From an uncultured Actinomycetota bacterium (lineage in GTDB: Bacteria; Actinomycetota; Actinomycetes; Actinomycetales; CAWJMD01), in assembly GCA_963700925.1 (NCBI GenBank), contig OY969553.1, positions 1,612,459-1,676,458 of the forward strand: DNA of 64,000 bases, in the 5' to 3' direction. The notes below the pieces were generated by a model. The model was not told the DNA's origin. It saw only the letters and a list, made by a program, of their open reading frames with translations, and ran no database searches. Both the position numbers and the translations under genes were made by a program. This document shows positions 1-10,000 of this stretch, one piece after another (the first letter of the stretch is position 1; the number at the start of each line of letters is the position of its first letter).

Positions 1-1950
1 GGTCACGAGCACCGCGGTGGTGGCGAACAACAGCATGCCGTCGCCGGCCTGGACCGTGTTCGGGATGTCCACGCGCTGGGTCGCCGAGGTCGTCGTGAAC
101 GAGGCCGACGCCCGGAAGGCGATGTCCTCGAGCTCGGTCGGTGGCGGCGCGGTGACAGTGACCGTCCGACTGAAGACGGTGGACATCTTCAGATCGTTGT
201 CGGTCACGACCAGGGAGATCGTCTTCTGACCGGCGGTCGCGTACGTGTGGGTTGCGGTGACACCGTCGCCGGTCACGCCGTCGCCGAAGTCCCAGGCGTA
301 CGACGCGATGGTCCCGTCCGCGTCGGTCGAGCCCGACCCGTCCACCGTGCATGTCAGCTCGGGGCAGTTGGCTGTGAAGAACGCGACCGGAGCGTTCGGG
401 TCCGGCGGGGCGACCACTCCGCGCTTGAGCACGACGGTCCACATGGTCGCCTTGGCGGACGCCACGTTGGCCGTGGCCGTGCGTGCCGGAGTGGCACCGA
501 CAACCTGTGGCCCGCCGAAGTCGGAGGCCACGGCGGAGGCGTGTGAGGGTCCGATGCCGAAGGCACTGGTCCGCGAGGTCTGGCCCGCGGGCAGCGTCCA
601 GGCGGTGGTCGTGGACCTGTCGGCCCAGTACGACACAACCCACTCACCCGCGATCGGCACCGTGCCGCCCGGGGTGGTGTGCGTGGTCCGGCTCGTGCTC
701 TCGGCCGCGGAGGCGAAGGACTCGATCGGGTTGGCGGCCGTACCGGAGTACGCGAGCACCGTCAGGACGCCCTTGGTCGATGCAGAGAACACGACTGTCT
801 GGCTGTTCCCCGCGTCGGCGGTCACGGCCGCCTTGCTGTACAGGTACGTGCGGGTGTCGGTGCTCGACTGGCGGCTGCCGACGAGCGTCCAACCGGCCGG
901 CGTCGTCGGGGTCACGAGGGACGCCGTGGAGGCGAAGAGCAGCAGGCCGTCGTCGGCTCGCACGGCAGCCGGGATGGTCACGCGCTGAGTCGCGTTGGTC
1001 AGCGCCGACGAGGCAGCAGCACGGAAGACGATGTCCTGGAGCTCGGTCGGTGGCGGCGCGGTCACGGTGACCACCTGGCTGACGCTCGTCGACGCCTTGC
1101 CACCGTTGTCGGTGACGACCAGCGAGATCGTCTTCTGGCCGGCGGTCGCGTAGGTGTGGGTCGCGGTGACGCCGTCGCCGGTCGTGCCGTCGCCCCAGTT
1201 CCAGGCGTAGGAGGACACGGTTCCGTCCGCGTCCGAGGACGCAGCCCCGTTCACGGTGCAGGTCAGCTCGGGGCAGTCAGTCGTGAAGGACGCGACCGGT
1301 GCGATGTTCGGATCCTCCCCGGCCTTGAGCACGACGGTCCACATCGTTGCCTTGGCGGACGCCGCGCTGGCTGTGGCGATGCGAGCCGGCGAGGGACCGG
1401 CAGCCTGCGGGGCGCCGGAGTCGGAGGCCACGGAGGTGATTCGACCGCTGCCGGTGCCCACCGCGAGGGCGCGCTGAGTCTGGCCTGCAGGCAGTGTCCA
1501 GCCGGTGGTCGCACTGGACTTGTCCGCCCAGAACGAGACGACCATCGAGCCGTCGCTCGGAACGGTGGCACCGGGAGTCGTGTGCGCAGTGCGGTTCGCG
1601 ATCTCGCCGGCGGAGGCGAAAGCCTCGACCGGGTCGGGAGCGGTGCCGGAGTACGCGAGGAGGTTCAGGGCGCCCTTGGTCGCGGCCGAGTAGGTGATGG
1701 CCTCGTTCGTGCCGGCGTCACCGGCCGCGGCGACCTTCTTGTAGAGGTTGGTGCGGGTGTCGCTGCTCGAGAGGCGGGTGCCGACGAGCGTCCACCCGTC
1801 CGGCGCGACGGTGACGGTCACGACGGTGCTGGTCGTGGCGAACAGCAGCATGCCGTCGCCCGCCTGCACGGTGGCCGGGACGACGACCCGCTGAGTGGCG
1901 ACGGTGGCGGTTGCCGACGTGGAGCCCCTGAAGGCGACCGTGTGGATCGC
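1..1950 (-). repeat. Intragenic tandem repeat, period 909 bp (about 303 aa: ~200-aa unassigned module + PKD domain); two units plus a partial third
   Basis: GATGTCCTCGAGCTCGGTCGGTGGCGGCGCGGTGACAGTGAC at 121 recurs as GATGTCCTGGAGCTCGGTCGGTGGCGGCGCGGTCACGGTGAC at 1030. Protein modules starting IHTVAFRGSTSATATVATQRV / ELQDIVFRAAASSALTNATQRV / ELEDIAFRASASFTTTSATQRV align along their length. Confidence 0.8.
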
Positions 1951-2043
1951 GGCAGACGCAGGCGCCGCCCCGAGACCGGCCGCACCCATCGTGGCCACCA
2001 GCGCACCCGTCAGTACACCGATAATGTGCTTGCTTCCGCGCAT
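1..2043 (-). CDS. Secreted tandem-repeat protein with PKD domains; 3' end runs off the window (partial, at least 681 aa)
   Basis: Absent from the ORF track because it has no in-window stop. The reverse frame opens at ATG 2043-2041 (GGGGGA SD-like sequence upstream) and I read it stop-free to base 1. N-terminus MRGSKHIIGVLTGALVATMGAAGLGAAPASA is signal-peptide-like. Two PKD-type segments are present (CPELTCTVNGAASSDADGTVSSYAWNWGDGTTGDGVTATHTYATAGQKTISLVVTDNGG and a close copy). No minus ORF in this frame is listed in 1-2100, consistent with one long open frame. Confidence 0.8.
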   Translation of the reverse strand, partial: MRGSKHIIGVLTGALVATMGAAGLGAAPASAAIHTVAFRGSTSATATVATQRVVVPATVQAGDGMLLFATTSTVVTVTVAPDGWTLVGTRLSSSDTRTNLYKKVAAAGDAGTNEAITYSAATKGALNLLAYSGTAPDPVEAFASAGEIANRTAHTTPGATVPSDGSMVVSFWADKSSATTGWTLPAGQTQRALAVGTGSGRITSVASDSGAPQAAGPSPARIATASAASAKATMWTVVLKAGEDPNIAPVASFTTDCPELTCTVNGAASSDADGTVSSYAWNWGDGTTGDGVTATHTYATAGQKTISLVVTDNGGKASTSVSQVVTVTAPPPTELQDIVFRAAASSALTNATQRVTIPAAVRADDGLLLFASTASLVTPTTPAGWTLVGSRQSSTDTRTYLYSKAAVTADAGNSQTVVFSASTKGVLTVLAYSGTAANPIESFASAAESTSRTTHTTPGGTVPIAGEWVVSYWADRSTTTAWTLPAGQTSRTSAFGIGPSHASAVASDFGGPQVVGATPARTATANVASAKATMWTVVLKRGVVAPPDPNAPVAFFTANCPELTCTVDGSGSTDADGTIASYAWDFGDGVTGDGVTATHTYATAGQKTISLVVTDNDLKMSTVFSRTVTVTAPPPTELEDIAFRASASFTTTSATQRVDIPNTVQAGDGMLLFATTAVLVT

Positions 2044-2445
2044 TCGAAGTCCCCCACCCTTGTCGTCGTTCGATTGCCTGCTCGCCCAAGCCGGGCCGCT
2101 GTCGACCGCCATTCGTGACGTCATGTGCGTGCTCCTCATCGCTGTTCTCGCCTGGCCGAGCGCCACGGCCTGGCGTCGTCTCGCGGGGTTAGACACGTAC
2201 CTGTACGTCGTCCGGACACTATGGGCAGCGAGCGCGATCTGTGACCGAGAGTGAATGGCTTCACACGTTTGGCCTAATATCATGCTCCCAGCTCGGGCCG
2301 ATCAGGCCGGCCAGCCACTGCGCGTTGCAACTCGGCCACTCCGCGGACCCTTGACGGCCGAATCCCCTCGTGGTCCAGTCGTGCTCACAGCATCCGGACA
2401 CCGTCGTCCACAGGGCCACGCCGTCCGGAAGAAGGGCGGCAGCCG

Positions 2446-4569
2446 ATGCTGCACCAGGCGATGCTCAGGCCCTCCTCACACTCCCGGCCGCGCAAGGGAC
2501 TGCTCGCCGTTTCCGCCGTGGCGCTGATGAGCTCTCTCGGCACTCCGGCCGTCCAAGCGGCAGCCCCACCACCGGGTTTCAGCGACGTCACTGCCTACAC
2601 CGTCACGAACCCGACGGCGCTGGCGTCGACTCCCGACGGTCGCCTGCTCATCACGCAGGACGCGGGCCAGCTGCGGGTGGTCCGCAACGGAACGCTGCTC
2701 ACCGCCCCCGCCGTCAACCTCCAGCCGCGCGCCTGCGCCGAAGGCGAGCGTGGGCTGATGGGGGTGGCCGTCGACCCGGCGTTCTCGACGAACTCGTTCA
2801 TCTATCTCTTCTGGACGTTCAACAAGCAGCAGTTCTGCGGCGAGGGCACGCCCCAGACGCCGGTGAACCGCGTGACGCGGTTCGTACTGGGGGCCGACGA
2901 CCGCGTCGTCGCCGGCACCGAACGCGTGATCGTCGACAACATCCCCTCGCCCAGCCGCAACCACCAGGCCGGAGACCTGCGTTTCGGCTCCGACGGCTTC
3001 CTGTACGTCACCACCGGGGATGGCGGCTGCACCATCGGCAGCCCGACGGCGTGCGGGGGACTGAACACCAACAGCCGGCGCCTCGACATCCTCAGCGGCA
3101 AGGTGCTGCGGGTCCGGCGCGACGGCACCATTCCGGCCAGCAACCCGTTCGCCGCCACGACAGGCGGCCGTCGCTGCGGGAATCCCGCGGGAGTGCCCGC
3201 GGGCACCGGCCGGTGCCGCGAGACCTTCGCCTCGGGCTTCCGCAACCCGTTCCGATTCGCCGTGCGTCCCGGCACCAGCAGCTTCCTGGTCAACGACGTG
3301 GGACAGGACACGTGGGAGGAGGTCGACGCGCTCGTGGCCGGTCGCGACTACGGCTGGAACGTCCGTGAGGGCAACTGCGTTCGCGACTCCACGACCAACT
3401 GCGGCGCCACCCCGTACGAGAACCCGATCTTCTCCTACAGCCACGCCGACGGCTGCTCGTCGATCACCGGCGGCGCCTTCGTGCCCGAGGGTCTCTGGCC
3501 GGCGCCCTGGAACGGGTCGTACATCTTCGCCGACTACGTGTGCGGCGGCATCTACCGGATGGCGCCCGCGACCGGCGGCGGCTACACCCGCGAGCCGTTC
3601 CTTCCTGACGTCGCGGGCGCTGTGCACCTGGCGTTCGCGCCGTTCACTGGCGGCACCGGAGGCACGGCCCTCTACTACCTCGACTACTTCGGCAACGCCA
3701 TCCACCGTGTGACCTACGGAGACACCAACACTCAGCCGACCGCGAGCTTCACCAACCGTCCTGCCGGGCTGCAGGTGAGCTTCGACGGCAGCGCGAGCCA
3801 GGACGCCGACCCGGGCGACTCCATCGCCGAGTACAGATGGATGTTCGGAGACGGCACGACGGCGACGACCACGACGCCGACCGTCAACCACACCTACGCA
3901 ACGGCCGGCACGCGTACCGCGACACTCCGGGTCGTGGACTCCTCGGGGCTCGTGTCCGCCGCCGTGACCCGTCCGGTCTATGCCGGAGAGTGGCCGCCGG
4001 AGATCACGGTTGCATGGCCGGCCACCACGGCGCGCTTCACCGTCGGCCAGTCCGTCACGCTGACCGCCACGGCCCGCGATACCGAGGACGGCACCCTGCC
4101 CGGCTCGGCCATCACGTGGACCGCGCAACGGCGTCACGGCACGCACTTCCATCCGTACGCGGGGCCACGCACCGGTTCGTCGTTCACCTTCACCTACCCC
4201 GCCCCGGAGAACCTCGCGGCCGCCGCGAACAGCCACATCTTCGTGACCGCGACCGCGCGCGACTCCCGTGGCCTGACCACGTCGTCGAGCCGGGATCTGC
4301 TCCCCCGCACGGTGGCGCTGTCCTTCGCCACCTCGCCGGCCGGCGGTTCGGTGCTCGTCGAAGGGACAGCGCGCACGACGCCGCTGACACTCACCTCGTG
4401 GGTGGGCGGCCCGGTGCAGGTCAACGTGCTCAACCAGACCATTGGCGGTGTGCCGCACGTCTTCTCGTCGTGGTCCGACGGCGGCACGCGCGCCCACCGC
4501 ATCACCTCGCCCGCGACGGCGACGACGTACACCGCGCGTTTCGTCCCCGGAACCGGTACGGCCCGTTGA
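2446..4569 (+). CDS. PQQ-dependent sugar dehydrogenase (soluble glucose/sorbosone dehydrogenase beta-propeller family) with C-terminal PKD and Ig-like regions, secreted
   Basis: 707-aa ORF. Signal-like N-terminus (LLAVSAVALMSSLGTPAVQAA). Family motifs GERGLMGVAVDPAF, HQAGDLRFGSDGFLYVTTGDGG, GFRNPFRF, DVGQDTWEEV..GRDYGWNVREG. PKD segment VSFDGSASQDADPGDSIAEYRWMFGDGTT..HTYATAGTRTATLRVVDSSG. Confidence 0.85.
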   Translation: MLHQAMLRPSSHSRPRKGLLAVSAVALMSSLGTPAVQAAAPPPGFSDVTAYTVTNPTALASTPDGRLLITQDAGQLRVVRNGTLLTAPAVNLQPRACAEGERGLMGVAVDPAFSTNSFIYLFWTFNKQQFCGEGTPQTPVNRVTRFVLGADDRVVAGTERVIVDNIPSPSRNHQAGDLRFGSDGFLYVTTGDGGCTIGSPTACGGLNTNSRRLDILSGKVLRVRRDGTIPASNPFAATTGGRRCGNPAGVPAGTGRCRETFASGFRNPFRFAVRPGTSSFLVNDVGQDTWEEVDALVAGRDYGWNVREGNCVRDSTTNCGATPYENPIFSYSHADGCSSITGGAFVPEGLWPAPWNGSYIFADYVCGGIYRMAPATGGGYTREPFLPDVAGAVHLAFAPFTGGTGGTALYYLDYFGNAIHRVTYGDTNTQPTASFTNRPAGLQVSFDGSASQDADPGDSIAEYRWMFGDGTTATTTTPTVNHTYATAGTRTATLRVVDSSGLVSAAVTRPVYAGEWPPEITVAWPATTARFTVGQSVTLTATARDTEDGTLPGSAITWTAQRRHGTHFHPYAGPRTGSSFTFTYPAPENLAAAANSHIFVTATARDSRGLTTSSSRDLLPRTVALSFATSPAGGSVLVEGTARTTPLTLTSWVGGPVQVNVLNQTIGGVPHVFSSWSDGGTRAHRITSPATATTYTARFVPGTGTAR

Positions 4570-5834
4570 CGGCAGGGACCAACTGGGCCGGCAACGTCGC
4601 CTTCTCTGCGGTCGGGCGACCGCGGCCGACGTCGGTCGCGGAGCTGCAGCGGGTCGTGGCTCGAGCGGCAAGGGTGCGAGCGCTCGGCACCGGCCACTCG
4701 TTCAACCGGATCGCTGACACCACAGGCGATCTCGTGTCGTTGGACGCGTTGCCACACACCATCGAGGTCGACTTGGATCGCCTCCAGGTCGAGGTGGGCG
4801 GCGGCGTGCGGTACGGCGAGCTCGGTCACGAGCTCGAGCGCCGAGGGTTGGCACTGCCCAACACAGGTTCTCTGCCGCACATCTCCGTGGCCGGTGCTTG
4901 CGCCACCGGCACTCACGGTTCGGGCGTCGGCAACCAGACCTTGGGGGCGCGCGTCCGGGCGTTGTCACTCGTGACAGCCTCCGGCGACGTGGTCACCCTC
5001 GAACGGGAGGCCGGCGACGAGTTCGACGGCGTCGTCCTTGCACTAGGACGGCTGGGCGTCGTGGTGTCTCTCGTCCTCGATCTGGTTCCGACGTTCCAGG
5101 TTGCCCAGACCGTGGTGGACGACGTCGACGACGCGGTGCTGGCAGACGGTCTCGGGGCGATCCTCTCGGCCGCATACTCCGTCAGCATCTTCACCGGCTG
5201 GGGCGCAGAAGGGCGGAACCAGGTCTGGGTCAAGGAGCGCGTCGACCGGCCAGATGCGTGGCAGGGCCAGACGCTCTGGGGAGGGCGGGCCGCGGAGGTC
5301 GAGCGACATCCGATCACCGGGATGCCCCCAGGAAACACGACGGCTCAGCTCGGTGCCCCTGGCCCGTGGAACGAGCGGCTCCCGCTGTTTCGCCTCGAGT
5401 TCATGCCGAGCAGCGGCGACGAGCTGCAGTCCGAGTACCTGCTACCGCTCGAGCACGCCGGGTCTGCCTGGCACGCCCTGTCCGACATGCGGGAGTTCCT
5501 GCGGCCGGTCGTCCAGATCTCCGAGATCCGCGCCGTTGCTCCCGACTCGATGTGGCTGAGCATGACCGGCGGTCTGCCCAGCGTCGCCTTCCACTTCACC
5601 TGGGTGCCGGACAAGATGGCCGTTGCCCCGAGAGTCGCGGAGGTTGAGGAGCGCCTGCAGCCGTTCGCGGCGCGACCACACTGGGGAAAGGTCTTCAGCA
5701 TGACCCCTGCGGCCTTGGCCCGCCTCTACCCACACCTTCCGGACTTTCGCCGTCTGGTCGTGGACGCGGACCCGACAGGAAAGTTCGGCAACGACCTGGT
5801 CGATGGCTGGATCGGCTTGGCGTCCGAGGCCTAG
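4566..5834 (+). CDS. FAD-dependent alditol (xylitol/sorbitol) oxidase, VAO family
   Basis: Real part of track ORF 3837..5834. TTG 4566 overlaps the upstream stop (TTGA, 4566-4569). The sequence TNWAGNVAFSA..LGTGHSFN..LPHISVAGACATGTHGSGV..PGPWNERLPLFRLEFMPSSGDELQSEYLLP..ARPHWGKVF tracks the Streptomyces alditol oxidase sequence as I remember it. Confidence 0.85.
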   Translation: MTAGTNWAGNVAFSAVGRPRPTSVAELQRVVARAARVRALGTGHSFNRIADTTGDLVSLDALPHTIEVDLDRLQVEVGGGVRYGELGHELERRGLALPNTGSLPHISVAGACATGTHGSGVGNQTLGARVRALSLVTASGDVVTLEREAGDEFDGVVLALGRLGVVVSLVLDLVPTFQVAQTVVDDVDDAVLADGLGAILSAAYSVSIFTGWGAEGRNQVWVKERVDRPDAWQGQTLWGGRAAEVERHPITGMPPGNTTAQLGAPGPWNERLPLFRLEFMPSSGDELQSEYLLPLEHAGSAWHALSDMREFLRPVVQISEIRAVAPDSMWLSMTGGLPSVAFHFTWVPDKMAVAPRVAEVEERLQPFAARPHWGKVFSMTPAALARLYPHLPDFRRLVVDADPTGKFGNDLVDGWIGLASEA

Positions 5835-6406
5835 CGCAGCTGGCGGCGCATCACCACACGGGTGGGAGACCGGCGGACCACTTCTTTGAAACCGGCTCTC
5901 TCGTAAAGGCTTCGCGAGCCGAAGAACATGAAGTCGTCGTGACTTCGCTCCGGCTTGTCGACCGGGTAGGCCTCGAGTATCCGGACGCGCTGTTCCCTCG
6001 CGTAGCGAACCGCCGCTCGGAGAAGTCGGTGCTGGACGCCCTGACCGCGGTATGGCTTGGCCACGAACGTGCACACGATCGACCACACCTCCTTGTCGTC
6101 CACCGGCTTCATGATCCGAGACCGTCGGAGCTTCTCGTAGTCACCGCGGGGACCGAGGCTGATCCACCCGGCTGGTGACCCGTCCACGTAGCCGACCAGG
6201 CCGGGGACGACGCCGGTGTCGACGAGCTCGCACAGCTGCCGCTTGTTGTCCTCTCCCGCAGCGGCACTGACGGACACCATCCCGCTCCTGCGGTAGTACA
6301 TGCACCAGCAGCCACGCACGATGGAACCACCGGGGAGGTCGAACACTGCCTCCAGGTCGGCCAAGGTCCCGGGCGTCAGCGGTTTGGCGTCGAAGGCGAC
6401 GGCCAT
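5831..6406 (-). CDS. GNAT family N-acetyltransferase
   Basis: 191-aa ORF starting at ATG 6406. Acetyl-CoA binding-type segment VAKPYRGQGVQHRLLRAAVRYAREQ and C-terminal LYERAGFKEV. Starts 9 nt after the stop of the upstream gene, so it may be the last gene of the 14546->6416 operon. Its stop overlaps the convergent oxidase stop (CTAG at 5831-5834). Confidence 0.8.
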   Translation of the reverse strand: MAVAFDAKPLTPGTLADLEAVFDLPGGSIVRGCWCMYYRRSGMVSVSAAAGEDNKRQLCELVDTGVVPGLVGYVDGSPAGWISLGPRGDYEKLRRSRIMKPVDDKEVWSIVCTFVAKPYRGQGVQHRLLRAAVRYAREQRVRILEAYPVDKPERSHDDFMFFGSRSLYERAGFKEVVRRSPTRVVMRRQLR

Positions 6407-6415
6407 GCAGCCACG

Positions 6416-7048
6416 CTAGCTTCCGCCGCGCGTCAGACCCAGGGTCGCCAACAGGTCCTCATGCAACTCGAACCAGACCGTGTGGCACGAGTCCATCTTC
6501 GGCTCGTCCACCCACTTCCGTTCTCCCCTGTCGACCCGGGCGAGCGCGGCACTGAAGCGGTCGGCGTACCCCGCGAAGCGAGAAAGCTTCGCGGACAGGC
6601 GTTCCTCGATGGGCCTCAGCCTTCGCGACAGGCCGGCCAGGCCGTTGAGCACGCCCTCGTCCCAAGGCCAGTCGCTGTGATCGTTAGACGCCATGGGATC
6701 CCGGGCCGTCGGGCGGATCTGCCAACGAGTGATCGCATCGAGCAGTCTGGCGTTCAAGGGGACGAAGGCAGCGTGCGCCTCGACAACGACGGCACGGCCG
6801 TCCGCCTCCCGCAGCTCCCCTGCGAGCAGCCGCTCGTCGCGCTCACGTCCCGCCGGCGTGAGGGACCAGCTGCGCAGGTCCGCGAACTCCACCTTCTGCA
6901 CCAGACCCGCGGCCTCGTAGTCCAGCAGGTGCTCCTGAACAGCCGCACGGTCCAACGAGTATCGCCGCGTGACGACGTCCTCGTCCGCCATGCCCTTGAT
7001 GCGGACCGCATGCAGGACGAGCAGCTCAACCGACGACGGAAAGGACAT
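6416..7048 (-). CDS. Hypothetical protein with N-terminal winged-helix-like segment (operon gene E)
   Basis: In-frame ATG at 7048 (MSFPSSVELLVLHAVRIKGMADEDVV..LLDYEAAGLVQKVEF..WSLTPAGRERDE), 4 nt after the TPR gene stop (7053). The longer track ORF (to 7198) would overlap the TPR gene. The wHTH call is motif-level only. Confidence 0.65.
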   Translation of the reverse strand: MSFPSSVELLVLHAVRIKGMADEDVVTRRYSLDRAAVQEHLLDYEAAGLVQKVEFADLRSWSLTPAGRERDERLLAGELREADGRAVVVEAHAAFVPLNARLLDAITRWQIRPTARDPMASNDHSDWPWDEGVLNGLAGLSRRLRPIEERLSAKLSRFAGYADRFSAALARVDRGERKWVDEPKMDSCHTVWFELHEDLLATLGLTRGGS

Positions 7049-7052
7049 CGGC

Positions 7053-10000
7053 CTACGACTTCGCGCCGGCTCCCTGTCGGACGTCGACCTCCGTGGCCCA
7101 GGGCGGCTCGTCGGGAAAGGCCAGCTGCTCGTGGTTCCACTCCGACTCGACGAGCCGGAGCTCCTCCTGCAGCCGTCCGTGGAGCCAGCTCGCGGCACCT
7201 TGCGTGACGTCCGGGAGGCTCGGTCTTGACACCAGGAAGTCGTCGAGGGCGATGAGCAGCGTTCCTCTCCTCATCGGTGGCACCTCGCGAACGAGGTCCT
7301 CGATCGCCCTGACGGCGTAGGAGCGTGCCTGTGACGTCTGCTTCGCGCCCAGGGCTGCCAGGGCCAGGTCGAAGAGCGTGCCGGAGGTCTGTTCCGCATA
7401 GAGGAGCACGTGGTGGAGGGCGCTGGCCGCCTCGGAGTACCGGCCCAGCCGGAAAAGGCACCAACCTTCGAGGGCGGACGAGGTCCAGTCCGTGGAGACC
7501 TGCCTCCGCAGCGTCCCCAGGACCGACTCGTACTCGGCCAGCGCTTCCTCGCGCCTGTCCAGCAGGACAAGCGAGTTCGCCCGACCCTTGCGGGCCCACA
7601 GGTCGCCGTCGTCCAGTCGCAGAGCCTCGTCGTACGCCTCCAGGGCGGCCGTGGCCCTGTCCGGCCGATCCGAGTGCTCCAGTGCCCAGCCCAAGGACTG
7701 GTACGCGTTCGGCTGCTGCCACTCGCACTTCGTGGACCTGCCGGCGGCAAAGATGGCCTCTTCCCATCCACCGACGCGCGTAGCCACCGCACTGACGACG
7801 ATCCATCCCGCGGGGTTGTCCTCGTTTCGCTTCACGGCTCGGAGCGAGATGTCCCATGCCCCACCGATGTCCCCAGAGTTCAGCAGGGCATAGGCGAGGT
7901 CGACGAACGACTCGACGCCACCTCCCGAGGGGAGGGCCTCGGCCAGGTCTACGGCGCGACGGAAGCAGTCCAGGGCCTCCTCGACCCGATTGACGAGAGT
8001 CAGCACCGAGCCCATCGCACTCAGACCTCGCAGGTCATCCGGCCTGATCCACAGGGCCTGGTCCAGTGCTGCCAAGGCCTCGTCGGTCCTGCCGGCACCA
8101 CGCAACGCCCCTGCGTAGCTGATCAAGAGGTCGGCGTCCTGCTCGTCCTCGTTCAGGGCGGCCCGATACACCTCGACCGCTTCCTCGGCGCGGCCCGACG
8201 CGAGCAGCAGATCGGTGAGATGTGAGGCAGCGAATGAGTTTCTGGGTTCGATCGCCAGGGCCTGCCGCAGGGCCTTTTCGCCCTCCTCGGCGTCACCCTG
8301 GGAGCTCAGGACGGCGCCTCGCGAACCCAGCGCCCAGGCAGAGTTCGGCTCCTGCTCCAGGGACTTGTCCAGCCAGTTCAACGCCTCCTCATAGTGACCT
8401 TGGACGCGATGGATCTCACCGAGAAGGCGCCAGGCTCTGACTCCCCATTCCGGGCTGGACGCCAAGCGCTCCGCTTCGGACCCGGCAAGCTGGAACTGCT
8501 TGAGGTTCATCAAGGCACTGGCGTGGAGGTACCTCGCCATCTCGTCGTTCTCGTCGCGCCGCAGCGACTCCTCGCTGAAGGTCCGCGACTCCTCAGCGCG
8601 GTCGGTGTCGATCAGGTACTCCGCGAGCTCGTTCCGCACGTCACGCAGCTCCGGGTCCAGCTGAAGGGCCTTGCGGAGCATTCGCTCAGCCTTTTCAGGA
8701 TGCCCTTCCTGCTTGCGAATCTCGGCGCGCATCAACCAAGGACGAGCACTCGTGGCATCGAGCTTGGCCAGCGCCTTCAAGGCGATGTCGGCTCGCTTGT
8801 AGTCGTCTGCTCCGAGGTAGGCGTTCACCAACAGGTCGTGCATCCAGACCGACTGCGGAGAGATCTTGGTGGCCGCCTCGATGTTGCTGATCGCCTCCTC
8901 GGTTCGCTCGCCGATCGCCAGCAGTGCTTGACCACGGCTGGCGAGGGCGTAGGAGTCCGAAGCATCGAGGTCGAGCGCGGAGTCGAAGTGGGTGACGGCC
9001 TCCTTGAGCCGCCCCTGCAGTCGCAGTGACTCGCCGAGAAGCTCGTGCAGAAGCGGTGCTGATCGGTCCACTTCCAAGGCCGCTTCCAGCAGCTCCTGCG
9101 CGCGCGTCCAGGATGCCGGGTCCTTTTCGATCAGCAGCAGACCAGCCAGGTCTGCGCGGGTCGCTACCGATGCCGGCTCGAGCTCAAGGGCCTTCTCGTA
9201 CGCGTGCTTCGCTCTCGCGGTGTCGTCTGTCGCGACCTCCGCTCGGGCCAGGTTGACCCATACCCACGCCGCTCCAGCGTCCATCTCGACGGCTCGTCGC
9301 AAGTGGTGGCGCGCCTCCTCCGCGTTCCCCGAGTCGAGCAGCAGCTTTCCCAGGAGCGCATGGGCAACGGAATACTCCGGGTGTTCCGCGATCAGTGTCA
9401 GCAGGTCGTCGCGCGCGCGGTCGCCACTCCCGAGCACAGCCAGCGCATTGGCCCGACGTGCGCGCCTCCAGGGGGATGGATCGAGTGCGGCAGCCGCTTC
9501 GAACTGGTGCAGGGCCGCCTCGTGGCTCCCGGACTCAGCGAGGGCCTCCCCCAGGAGGCCGCGAAGCACAGGTGAGTTGGGATCTACCTCTGCCGCTTCC
9601 GTCAGTGCCAGGGCGGCTTCCGGGGCTCGACCGATCCTCAGGAGCCCGAGCCCCCGGTAGGCAGCGGCGGCGGGGAGCCCCACCACGGCCATTCGCTCGG
9701 AGAGACCCAGCAGCTCCTCGAACCGCTCAGCGGATTGAAGGACGTACGCATGCCGCTCGAGCAGGTCGGTGTCCTCGGGCGAGAGGTCCAGTGCGGCCGA
9801 GGACGCCTCGATGGCCTCGTCGTGACGTCCAAGAGACGTCAGGATCTCTGCGGCGAGCATTGACGTCGCCGACTGCGGCTCGATCTCATTCAGCTCTCGG
9901 AGGGTGTCCAGGGCGGCCATCGCGTGGCCGGCCCTCGCCTGCGCCACTGCGAGCCAGTAGTGCGTCTGCGGAGATGGGTCCAGGTCATGGACGCGACGGA

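Noticed and set aside
2476-4671. 731-aa minus-strand ORF
   Set aside because: It is antisense to the well-supported PQQ dehydrogenase. The translation is Arg/Gly/Pro/Ala-rich low complexity with no motifs, a typical high-GC shadow ORF.
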